Of a stretch of DNA of 64,000 nt, positions 46,728-55,883 are shown piece by piece (the stretch's first letter is position 1; every line of letters starts with the position of its first letter). The stretch is from positions 31,985-95,984 of the forward strand of contig CADCFC010000001.1 of assembly GCA_902800645.1 (NCBI GenBank). The letters are read 5' to 3'. Under the pieces are notes generated by a model. That model was not told the DNA's origin, searched no databases, and saw only the letters and a program-made list of their open reading frames with translations. Source of the DNA: an uncultured Erysipelotrichaceae bacterium (GTDB taxonomy: Bacteria > Bacillota_I > Bacilli_A > RFN20 > CAG-826). Both the position numbers and the translations under genes were made by a program.

Positions 46728-47834
46728 ATGCAAAATTATGACTTAGACAATTTTGAACCCGCAGCAAAGATTGTTGTTATTGGTGTTGGTGGAGCAGGGA
46801 ATAACGCAGTCAATCGTATGATTGATGAAGATATTTCTAATGTCACTTTCTATGTTGCAAATACCGATAAACAAGCTCTTGCTACTTCTAAATCTCCAAA
46901 TCGTATTATTCTCGGTGAAGCTCTTACTGGTGGGCTAGGCGCTGGAGGAGAACCTGAAATGGGTGAACAAGCCGCTGAAGCAAGTGCGGATGATATTCGT
47001 GAAATCGTCAAAGATGCGAATATGGTCTTTATCGCTGCTGGAATGGGTGGAGGAACCGGCACTGGTGCCGCCCCTGTTATCGCACGTATCGCTAAAGAAG
47101 CTGGTGCGTTAGTAGTGGCAATTGTTACTCGTCCATTCTCATTTGAAGGAAAGAAAAGAACAGTCAATTCCATTGACGGTCTAAATAAACTTAAAAGCGC
47201 TGTTGATTCATTAATCGTTGTTAGTAACGATAAGTTACTAATCACTAATGGTAATACTCCAATTAGCCAAGCATTTAATGAATCTGATAAAGTTTTAGCG
47301 CAATCTGTTAAGACAGTTGTCAACCTCATTTTACTTCCTGCAATTATCAACCTTGACTTCGCTGATGTGAGAAATACACTTAAAGAAAGCGGCGTTGGTT
47401 TAATCGGATTTGGTATGGGAAGTGGACCAAATAGAGCTAAAGAAGCCGCCACTAGTGCAGTTAATTCTCCTCTACTTGAAGCAAGTATGGTCGGTGCTAG
47501 AAGAGCAATTGTAGCAATCACTTGCGGCACTCAAGTTAATCTATTTGAAGCACAGGAATGTGTTAACCTTCTTATCGATGCAGCTGGTAACAATATTGAT
47601 ATCAAATTTGGTATCACAATTAATGATCAATTAACCGATGAAATCTTAGTGAGTGTCATCGCTAGTGATTTTGAAAACGATGTTGATTTCACCGCTCAAA
47701 CAGTAGCGACGAATATTCACACTAACGATAGTGAAGATTCTAAAGTTGAAGAACTTGAAGAAAACGCTAAGCGTGAACAAGAAAGATATCTTGAAGAAGA
47801 TAGCATCATTCCTAACTTTCTCAAAGAGAAATAG
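46728..47834 (+). CDS. ftsZ: Cell division GTPase FtsZ
   Basis: 368 aa with GVGGAGNNAVNRM and the tubulin signature GGGTGTGAAPVIA. The conserved C-terminal peptide DSIIPNFLKEK is present. Confidence 0.95.
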   Translation: MQNYDLDNFEPAAKIVVIGVGGAGNNAVNRMIDEDISNVTFYVANTDKQALATSKSPNRIILGEALTGGLGAGGEPEMGEQAAEASADDIREIVKDANMVFIAAGMGGGTGTGAAPVIARIAKEAGALVVAIVTRPFSFEGKKRTVNSIDGLNKLKSAVDSLIVVSNDKLLITNGNTPISQAFNESDKVLAQSVKTVVNLILLPAIINLDFADVRNTLKESGVGLIGFGMGSGPNRAKEAATSAVNSPLLEASMVGARRAIVAITCGTQVNLFEAQECVNLLIDAAGNNIDIKFGITINDQLTDEILVSVIASDFENDVDFTAQTVATNIHTNDSEDSKVEELEENAKREQERYLEEDSIIPNFLKEK

Positions 47835-47852
47835 AAATAAGATTTATGATAT

Positions 47853-47880
47853 AAAAGAGCGATTTCGCTCTTTTTATTTT
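47853..47880 (+). terminator. Intrinsic terminator of ftsZ
   Basis: AAAA-GAGCGA-tt-TCGCTC followed by TTTTTATTTT. Confidence 0.65.
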
Positions 47881-47918
47881 CGCGTACATATGTATAATTA
47901 AATAAAGGTGGAAGGAAT

Positions 47919-50561
47919 ATGAAACTTAGATCATTTAAGCAAATAACAGTATTTACTTCATTATTTTTAGCGTTGACTGCTTGCGGATATGAAAATATTG
48001 TTCCTCCTCATGTCCATACTTTTTCTACTGAATGGACGCATAATGCTGATTATCACTGGCACGAAGCGACTTGTGAACACAAAGATGTTAAAGGTGATTA
48101 TGGCGTTCACATTTGGGGATCATGGATTATTGACCGTATCGCTACTGAACAACAAAACGGATTAAGACATCATCAATGTTCTAAATGTCTCTATAACTCT
48201 GAACCAGTTGAATACGAATATGTTACTGGTGTTGACGCTACTAGAATATATTTAAAATATATTGCTCCTAGTAACTCAGTTGTCGGTGTTGGTAGCACTA
48301 AAACCTTAACTCCTGTTATTTTCCCTGAAAACGCGAAAAAGAACATTAAGTATATTGTTGATAAACCAGCGGTTTTATCTGTTGATGATGAAACTGGTGT
48401 TGTGACTGGTTTACAAGAAGGAACTTCTCTTATCACCCTGTATAACGATAATAATAGTAATGGTGTCATGGATGAAAGCGAACCAAGAAACTATACAGCG
48501 TATGAAGTAAAAAATAAGAACGCGAATTATTCTGTATCTTTAGATGCGAGTGAATACACCGTTATGGTTGATAAAGAAATCACTTTATCGCCTAGAGCGA
48601 ATGGTTGGACTATTAGTGATGAAAGATGGGGAACTTACGGCTATAACTCTCCGTATATCACCACTGATGGTTTAAAGATTAAAGGTGTTAAGCCAGGACA
48701 AGCAACAGTGGTTGTTTATGTCACTCCAAAAAATGAAAGCGTTCCAATTGATACAACAGTCACAATTAATGTTGTTGATAACACTGAAGGTGGATTAAGA
48801 GCAAACTCTGTCAGTTTTACTGACAAAGTCGTTAATCTTTCCTTAGGTGATGAATACACTCCAGAGTACACGGTTTATCCAAGCAACTCTATTGATACTG
48901 CAGTTACCTTAAGTAGTAAAGGTGATGTTTTAAGCTATGCAAACGGTAAATTTACTGCGAATAAAGCTGGAACAGCGGTTATTGATATCGCTACACCAAA
49001 TGGAAAAACCGATCGTATGAAAGTGGTTGTTAGTGATACCACTCATGAATACACTACTAATTACCATAACTATTATGGCGATTTAACTTGGACTGATGGA
49101 GCAGATTTAAAAGCAAAGCTTCACGCCATTATTTCAAATGGCAAAAATGATATTAAATATGTTATTGGAAGCACAAATAACTGGGAAACCAACCAAGCTG
49201 CTGATTCCTTAATTAGCAATGACACTATGGTCAATGTTTTATACCGTGATGACCCTATGGGAAAAACGAGTACCGGAACAGGTACTGAAGCTTGGCAAAG
49301 AGAGCACTGCTTTGCTGCGACTTTGATGTCAGGCATCTCAACTGGTAACGCTGTTAAATCAACAGGAAGAGCAACTGATTTCCATAACTTGTATGCTGCC
49401 TTTGGTAGAGCAAATGGCGCTCGTGGAAATAAAGATTTTGGTTATGCTGATAAAGGCAAGATTACTTATGCTGATAATGGTGGTTCATATAAATATGAAA
49501 CAAACGGTAATTTCGAACCAAGTGATGTTGATAAAGGCAAAGTTGCTAGAGCAATTTTCTATATGGCTACCATGTATGATAGCGAAGAACAATTCACCTA
49601 TGATGGATATACCTATAAAGCACAGCCATTATCAATTATTGAAGATTATGTTTCATTTGATTCAACAACCACATACGCAAGTTTCACTAATAGTGGTAAT
49701 GCTCCAAAAGAATTAGCGAATAAATACGTTGAAATCGTTAAAAAACTCAATCCAGAAGTTACAGATGAAACTCAACTTTTGAAATTAGCGTATTCCTATT
49801 ATATGGGCTTTAACAATCCTTCAGCGATTGGTAACTTAAGTCATTTATTAATGTGGAACTCATTCCCTGTTGATAATCAAGAAATGCAACACAATAATAT
49901 GGTGTATGCCTTTAAAGCATCCTCTAAATGGGGCGGACATCAGGGTAATAGAAATCCATTCGTTGATTATCCAGAACTTGTGGAATATGTCTTCGGATCT
50001 AAACAAGACGAAGCTGGTAGCCTTAAGAATTTAAAACCAGCGATTGAAGATTTAGACGTTGATCTTCCTGATGATCCAACTCCAGGACCAACTCCTACTC
50101 CAAGCGAAGATTTAATCTTTGAAGACTGTAAATATCAATTCGAAACCGCTACTAAACCACAAGATTTAGTAAACGATAAAACCGGAGTTGCAACATTCGG
50201 CACTTTAACTTGGAATTTCAGTTGTAAAAATACGCTTTCATATGCTTCATATAGTGGATTAAAAGTTACTTCTGATAGCACTGAAGATACATGGGAATTC
50301 ACATTAGAAACAGAGGCTTCTTTAGAAGATGTTGATGGTGTTGTTCTTAGAATCTATTGTCCAAAACAACGCGACTACACTTACGATCTTTACGTTGGAG
50401 ATGACAAAGTTGCAAGTGATGTTTCTTTAAGACAAGAAAACGCTGCAATTACTGATTATCCAAACGCCATCAGTGAAGCAAAAACCGGAAAAGTAAAAAT
50501 CGTTTTTAAGAATTTAACTTCTTATATTTCCATAAAAGGATTAGCGATTAATTATAAATAA
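47919..50561 (+). CDS. Surface lipoprotein nuclease: Cys/His module, Big_2-like Ig repeats, Endonuclease I domain, Pro/Thr linker and an unknown C-terminal beta-rich domain
   Basis: 880 aa with a signal peptide and lipobox (FLALTAC-G). About three Big_2-like segments are present (for example VGSTKTLTPVIFPENA...LSVDDETGVVTGLQEGTS). Endonuclease I motifs are present (WQREHCF, DFHNLYAAFGRANGARGNKDFG, KGKVARAIFYMATMY, GNRNPFVDYPE), followed by the linker DPTPGPTPTPS. Confidence 0.75.
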   Translation: MKLRSFKQITVFTSLFLALTACGYENIVPPHVHTFSTEWTHNADYHWHEATCEHKDVKGDYGVHIWGSWIIDRIATEQQNGLRHHQCSKCLYNSEPVEYEYVTGVDATRIYLKYIAPSNSVVGVGSTKTLTPVIFPENAKKNIKYIVDKPAVLSVDDETGVVTGLQEGTSLITLYNDNNSNGVMDESEPRNYTAYEVKNKNANYSVSLDASEYTVMVDKEITLSPRANGWTISDERWGTYGYNSPYITTDGLKIKGVKPGQATVVVYVTPKNESVPIDTTVTINVVDNTEGGLRANSVSFTDKVVNLSLGDEYTPEYTVYPSNSIDTAVTLSSKGDVLSYANGKFTANKAGTAVIDIATPNGKTDRMKVVVSDTTHEYTTNYHNYYGDLTWTDGADLKAKLHAIISNGKNDIKYVIGSTNNWETNQAADSLISNDTMVNVLYRDDPMGKTSTGTGTEAWQREHCFAATLMSGISTGNAVKSTGRATDFHNLYAAFGRANGARGNKDFGYADKGKITYADNGGSYKYETNGNFEPSDVDKGKVARAIFYMATMYDSEEQFTYDGYTYKAQPLSIIEDYVSFDSTTTYASFTNSGNAPKELANKYVEIVKKLNPEVTDETQLLKLAYSYYMGFNNPSAIGNLSHLLMWNSFPVDNQEMQHNNMVYAFKASSKWGGHQGNRNPFVDYPELVEYVFGSKQDEAGSLKNLKPAIEDLDVDLPDDPTPGPTPTPSEDLIFEDCKYQFETATKPQDLVNDKTGVATFGTLTWNFSCKNTLSYASYSGLKVTSDSTEDTWEFTLETEASLEDVDGVVLRIYCPKQRDYTYDLYVGDDKVASDVSLRQENAAITDYPNAISEAKTGKVKIVFKNLTSYISIKGLAINYK

Positions 50562-50587
50562 TTAACAACATAGAAAAGGAGTAACAT

Positions 50588-53332
50588 ATGGATTATAAAG
50601 ATACGTTACTAATGAACAAATCTAATTTTGAGATGAGAGGCAACCTCAATCAAAAAGAACCACTTCTCGTCGAGAAATGGAAAATAGAAAAACTCTACGA
50701 AGAGATGAATCTCAATCGTAAAGATGCAAAAGAATTCGTTCTTCATGATGGCCCTCCATACGCGAATGGCGATATGCACTGTGGACATATGCTTAATAGA
50801 ATCCTTAAGGATTTTGTTATTCGATATAAAAATATGTGCGGATTTAAAACTCCATTTGTTTTTGGTTGGGATACACATGGCCTTCCAATTGAAAACCAAG
50901 TAACTAAGAGTGGTGTTAACCGTAAAACCACACCAATCGTTGAATTCCGTAAGAAATGCGAAGAATACGCTTTAAAACAAGTTGAGAGACAAAAAGAACA
51001 AATTAGAAGACTTGGTTTAGTTGGTGATTTTGATAACCCATATCTAACTCTTAAAAAAGAATATGAAGCTCGTCAGATTGAAGCCTTCTCCAAGATGGCC
51101 CTTTCTGGATTAATTTATAAAGGATTGAAACCAGTTTATTGGTCACCAAGTAGTGAATCTGCTTTAGCAGAAGCAGAAATTGAATACGCAGATGTTTTAT
51201 CTCATTCAATTTATGTTGCTTTCCCTGTTAAAGACGGAAAAGGAGTTATACCTAATGACGCTAGACTTGTGATTTGGACAACGACTCCTTGGACTTTACC
51301 TGCTAACTTAGCGATTTCTGCTCATCCTGATTTCATTTATGGATTATATGAAACATCTAATAGAGGAAAGCTTGTTTTCTTAAAAGAATTCGAAGAATCA
51401 TTAACTAATGAGCTCGGTTTAGAAGATGTTAAGCTCCTCAAAGAGATTAGAGGCAGCGAACTCGATTTAGTCGTTTGCAAGCACCCTTTCTATGATCGTG
51501 ATTCTTTAGTCATTAACGGCACCCATGTCACTAATGACGCTGGTACTGGCTTAGTCCATACCGCTCCAGGACATGGTGTTGAAGACTATCAAGTCTGTTT
51601 GAAATATCCAGGACGTGGATTAGAACCATATTGTCCAGTTGATGAAAAAGGTTTTATGATGCCTGGAACTGGCGAAGGAATTGAAGGCCTTTTCTACGAA
51701 AAGGCAAATGATGCTGTTCTCAAGATTATCGAAGAGAATGGTAGTTTACTTAAACACACAACTTTCACTCACTCCTATCCTCATGACTGGAGAACTGGAA
51801 AACCATTAATCTTTAGAGCGACTTCCCAATGGTTCTGTTCAATTGAACCAATTAGAGAAGAATTGATTAAAATTATTCATGAGACAACTTGGTACCCAGC
51901 CTGGGGCGAAAATAGAATGGTCAACATGATTAAAGATCGTGGTGACTGGTGTATTTCTCGTCAAAGAGCGTGGGGCGTCCCAATTCCGATTTTCTATGCA
52001 GAAGACGGTACTCCAATTATCGATGAGAAGGTATTTAAACATATTGAAGAATTATTTAGAGAATACGGAAGCAATGTTTGGTATGAAAAAGATGCAAAAG
52101 AATTACTTCCTAGCGGTTATACAAACCCACATTCACCTAATGGTGAATTCACTAAAGAAAAAGACATTATGGATGTCTGGTTTGATAGCGGCTCATCTTG
52201 GAATGGAGTATTAGTAAATCGTAATATTAGATATCCAAGTGATTTATATTTAGAAGGTAGTGACCAATATCGTGGCTGGTTTAATTCTTCTTTAATCGTT
52301 TCTGTTGCATGTAATCACGTTGCTCCTTATAAAACAGTTACTTCTCATGGCTGGGTTTTAGATGAGCACGGTGAACAAATGCATAAATCTAAAGGCAACG
52401 GTGTTGATCCAGTTAAAATCGCTAATGTTTATGGAGCGGATATTTTAAGACTTTGGACTGCTTCTATTGATTATCAACAAGATGTACGTATCGGTGAAAA
52501 TTTAATCAAACAAGTCGCAGAACAATATCGTAAGATTAGAAATACCTTAAAATTTATTTCATGGAATCTAGTGGATTTTGATGTCAATCATCAAGCGAAA
52601 GAATTCGCTCTTGTTGATGAATATATCCTAGCTAAGCTCAATCGCCTAGTTAAAATCTGTAGGACTAGCTTTGATAAATATGACTTTAGTAATGCGACTA
52701 TGGAAATTCTCAATTTCTGTAGTAGCGAACTCAGTGCCTTCTATCTAGATATTTCTAAAGATAGTTTATATTGCGATAGTAAGGATTCAATTCGTCGTAA
52801 TCAAATTCAAACTGTCCTATATAAAGTAGGAGAAACACTCTTAAGAGTGTTAAACCCAATTCTTCCATTTACGATGGATGAATTTAATAAGAACTTACCA
52901 GGAGAAAGAGTGAGTAACGCTCAATTACTCGATTATCCAGATTATGTTAATAAAGATGATACTGCTTTATTTAATGAATATGAAAAAGTGCTCTCACTTC
53001 GTAAAGATGTCCTTAAAGCGCTTGAGGAAGCTCGTAATTTAAAGGTTATTGGTTCTGCTCAAGAAGCTTTTGTCTCAATTGAAATCAAAGATAAAGAATT
53101 ACAAGACATCATTAAGAAATTCTCACTAGAAGAATTAGCAACTATCTTTGTTGTTTCTGAAGTTGAATTAGCAGCAAATAAAGACGCAAAAGAATATGAA
53201 GTTAGTAAAGTGGCGATTTCTCATCACACTGGAAACTTCTGTTCCCGCTGTTGGAATTATTCTAAGCTTGCACTTGTGCAAGAAGATGGAACATATTTAT
53301 GTCCTCGTTGTCAGAAAGTGATTCATAAGTAA
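50588..53332 (+). CDS. ileS: Isoleucyl-tRNA synthetase
   Basis: 914 aa with HIGH-type (PPYANGDMHCGH), KMSKS-type (QMHKSKGN) and a C-terminal Zn-binding CSRC...CPRC. Confidence 0.95.
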   Translation: MDYKDTLLMNKSNFEMRGNLNQKEPLLVEKWKIEKLYEEMNLNRKDAKEFVLHDGPPYANGDMHCGHMLNRILKDFVIRYKNMCGFKTPFVFGWDTHGLPIENQVTKSGVNRKTTPIVEFRKKCEEYALKQVERQKEQIRRLGLVGDFDNPYLTLKKEYEARQIEAFSKMALSGLIYKGLKPVYWSPSSESALAEAEIEYADVLSHSIYVAFPVKDGKGVIPNDARLVIWTTTPWTLPANLAISAHPDFIYGLYETSNRGKLVFLKEFEESLTNELGLEDVKLLKEIRGSELDLVVCKHPFYDRDSLVINGTHVTNDAGTGLVHTAPGHGVEDYQVCLKYPGRGLEPYCPVDEKGFMMPGTGEGIEGLFYEKANDAVLKIIEENGSLLKHTTFTHSYPHDWRTGKPLIFRATSQWFCSIEPIREELIKIIHETTWYPAWGENRMVNMIKDRGDWCISRQRAWGVPIPIFYAEDGTPIIDEKVFKHIEELFREYGSNVWYEKDAKELLPSGYTNPHSPNGEFTKEKDIMDVWFDSGSSWNGVLVNRNIRYPSDLYLEGSDQYRGWFNSSLIVSVACNHVAPYKTVTSHGWVLDEHGEQMHKSKGNGVDPVKIANVYGADILRLWTASIDYQQDVRIGENLIKQVAEQYRKIRNTLKFISWNLVDFDVNHQAKEFALVDEYILAKLNRLVKICRTSFDKYDFSNATMEILNFCSSELSAFYLDISKDSLYCDSKDSIRRNQIQTVLYKVGETLLRVLNPILPFTMDEFNKNLPGERVSNAQLLDYPDYVNKDDTALFNEYEKVLSLRKDVLKALEEARNLKVIGSAQEAFVSIEIKDKELQDIIKKFSLEELATIFVVSEVELAANKDAKEYEVSKVAISHHTGNFCSRCWNYSKLALVQEDGTYLCPRCQKVIHK

Positions 53333-53976
53333 TGAAAGAGAAAATTGCTAAATCACTTAAATGGTTTTTGCTTTCCTTTATTTGGCTTGGAATCATTCTT
53401 TTTGTTGTCGATTTAGTGACTAAAAATATCATTGTCGCTAATAAAGAAGTGATTCTTGCTAACGATGGAATTGTTTTAATCCCAGGATTTTTAAGGATTA
53501 ATTATATTATTAACAATAAACTCGTCATGGGATTATCATTTGGTAACGATAATGTTAACCGTATTTTATTCATTGTTTTTGCTTCTTTAATTACTGGCGC
53601 ATTAATCTTTGTCACAGTGAAAAAGTGGGATAAACTTAATAAGTTCTATAAAGCGTGTATTATGATGATTATTTCTGGCGCTTTAGGTAACTTAGTTGAC
53701 CGCATTTTCTATTCTCCTGCTTTTTTAGGAACTACCTATAACGGTGTCGTCGACTGGATTGATTTTTATGGGGTATGGAAATTCAATTTCAATATCGCTG
53801 ATAGCGCAGTAGTAGTCGCAGCTTTCATGCTCATAATTTATATGATAGTTAATGAAATCGTAGACTATGTCAAAACCAGTAAAGAGAATCTTAAAGAAGA
53901 AAAAGATAATGAGAAGGTTCTCTCAAAAACAGAACAAGAAAAAAACAAATATTTAGAAGATAAAAAAGATGAATAA
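53332..53976 (+). CDS. lspA: Lipoprotein signal peptidase (SPase II)
   Basis: 214 aa, polytopic, with conserved GNLVDR and VVDWIDF...FNIADSAV Asp motifs. It follows ileS as in Bacillus. Confidence 0.85.
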   Translation: MKEKIAKSLKWFLLSFIWLGIILFVVDLVTKNIIVANKEVILANDGIVLIPGFLRINYIINNKLVMGLSFGNDNVNRILFIVFASLITGALIFVTVKKWDKLNKFYKACIMMIISGALGNLVDRIFYSPAFLGTTYNGVVDWIDFYGVWKFNFNIADSAVVVAAFMLIIYMIVNEIVDYVKTSKENLKEEKDNEKVLSKTEQEKNKYLEDKKDE

Positions 53977-54877
53977 ATTTAACGTCTCTCTTGAGCAATC
54001 CGGAATTAGATTAGATAAATTTTTATCTAATGTTTTAACTGACTATTCTAGAACTCATATTGAAAAAATCATCGATGAAGGCTTGGTAAATGTTAATAAC
54101 AAAGTTGCTAAGTCTTCTTTAAAGGTGAAAGAAAATGATGTCGTAACACTTACTCTTCCAGAGACTAAGGAATTAGAAATTAATAAAGAAGACATTCCCT
54201 TAGATATTGTCTATGAAGATAAGGACATTTTGATCATTAATAAGCCTCAAGGAATGGTCGTTCATCCTTCTAACGGACATTACGAACATACTTTAGTCAA
54301 CGCTATTTTATATCACTGTCATGATTTAAGTGGGATTAATGGTGTTTATCGACCTGGAATTGTTCACCGTATTGATAAAGATACTAGTGGGTTAATTTGT
54401 GTCGCTAAAAATGATAGTGCGCATATCTTTTTAGCAGAGCAACTTAAAGACCACACAATGTCACGAAAATATATTGCATTAGTTAGAGGAGTAATCCCTG
54501 AAAATAGTGGGGAGATTAATCTTCCAATCGGTAGAGATCAAAACAATCGACAAAAAATGGGAGTTACTAGAACTAATTCAAAAGAAGCAATTACTTATTT
54601 TAAAGTCATAAAAAGATTTAAAGACCACACATTAGTGGAATGCCGATTAAAAACCGGTAGAACTCATCAAATCAGAGTTCATTTCTCTTATATTGGTTTT
54701 CCAGTTGAAGGTGATCCGCTATACGCTGGTAAAAAATACGACACATTATATAAAAAAGGTCAGCTACTCGTAGCGACCTCATTAACTCTAATTCATCCAT
54801 CTAGTAAAAAAGAGATGACTTTTAATATTGATTTACCAGATTACTTCAAAGAAGTATTATCTCAATTAGAAGAATAA
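53969..54877 (+). CDS. rluD: 23S rRNA pseudouridine synthase, RluD/RluA family
   Basis: 302 aa with an N-terminal S4 domain, the catalytic HRIDKDTSGL and GRTHQIRVH. Confidence 0.85.
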   Translation: MNKFNVSLEQSGIRLDKFLSNVLTDYSRTHIEKIIDEGLVNVNNKVAKSSLKVKENDVVTLTLPETKELEINKEDIPLDIVYEDKDILIINKPQGMVVHPSNGHYEHTLVNAILYHCHDLSGINGVYRPGIVHRIDKDTSGLICVAKNDSAHIFLAEQLKDHTMSRKYIALVRGVIPENSGEINLPIGRDQNNRQKMGVTRTNSKEAITYFKVIKRFKDHTLVECRLKTGRTHQIRVHFSYIGFPVEGDPLYAGKKYDTLYKKGQLLVATSLTLIHPSSKKEMTFNIDLPDYFKEVLSQLEE

Positions 54878-55758
54878 TTTTTAAAGTTTTTCTTCACTAA
54901 TTTATCAAATTCTTCCTTTCCGACTTTCTCGAGAAGGATTTTTTTAATTTGATCGACTTTACTTCCTGCTCCACAAGGGAATTCAATTCCGTATTTTTCT
55001 TCTAATCTATCTTTCTCAAGTAAGAAGGAGTAGCGAGCAATGACGCTACTAGCGGCAACACTTGGGAATCTTTGTTCACCTTTATGTTTGAATGATATTC
55101 CTCTCACTATTGGCTCATCATTTTCATCTAAATACTTATAATAAGTATCTTCTTTAACAAATTGATCAACATATATAGCGATAACATCTTCGTATTTTTT
55201 GTGTAGATTGCTTAAAGCTCGATTATGCATCTTCGCTTTTAAGGAGTTGATGTTTTCTCCTTTTTCATACATTTCGTTATATTTCTCGTTAGGAAGAGTT
55301 AATTTGCTATATTCAAACTCTTTCATAAGAATAGGACCGATTTCTCTAATTTTATTATCAGTCATTTTTTTAGAGTCAGTAACTCCAAGCTCTTTTAGTC
55401 TTTGGTATTGGTGAGCGTTCATATAAGTCGCGACCACAATCATCGGTAAAAGAAAATCACCGACTCCAACCTCATCACTTCCAATTTGTTCACCAAAATC
55501 GACGTAGTGGAGCTCTTCTTTTTTCTCGACATTTCCTTTTTCAATCCATTCTTCTGCTTCTAAAGAAGCATTAGGACCTTTAAAGACGATTGATTTCTTG
55601 CTCTTTTTTGAGGAATAACCAGTGATTAGTATTTCTCCATAAACCGCCATAAAATCAACGTATTCACCTTCGTTAGGAATAATAAAAGAAGAGTAAAACT
55701 CTTTGATTTGATTAAACATCTCTTCATCGACTTTGATAGTGACTAGATTTTTATCCAT
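54862..55758 (-). CDS. rnhC: Ribonuclease HIII
   Basis: 298 aa with an N-terminal TBP-like domain plus an RNase HII/HIII core (GSDEVGVGDF, VTDSKK, VDQF). Its 3' end overlaps the rluD 3' end by 16 nt. Confidence 0.8.
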   Translation of the reverse strand: MDKNLVTIKVDEEMFNQIKEFYSSFIIPNEGEYVDFMAVYGEILITGYSSKKSKKSIVFKGPNASLEAEEWIEKGNVEKKEELHYVDFGEQIGSDEVGVGDFLLPMIVVATYMNAHQYQRLKELGVTDSKKMTDNKIREIGPILMKEFEYSKLTLPNEKYNEMYEKGENINSLKAKMHNRALSNLHKKYEDVIAIYVDQFVKEDTYYKYLDENDEPIVRGISFKHKGEQRFPSVAASSVIARYSFLLEKDRLEEKYGIEFPCGAGSKVDQIKKILLEKVGKEEFDKLVKKNFKNYSSN

Positions 55759-55883
55759 GAATTGATTTTACGATGATTAGCCTTTTAAAGAAAGAAAATG
55801 TTTATCGAGTCGCGATATATTATTTATGAGTTTTGCTATTAGTGAGTTATACTTATTTAGTATCGAAAGCGAATATTCATATC

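Noticed and set aside
46850-47530. The 226-aa ORF antisense to ftsZ.
   Set aside because: It lies fully within the well-supported ftsZ CDS. Its Ala/Pro/Ser-rich translation is the mirror of the Gly/Ala-rich FtsZ core, which is a classic shadow ORF.
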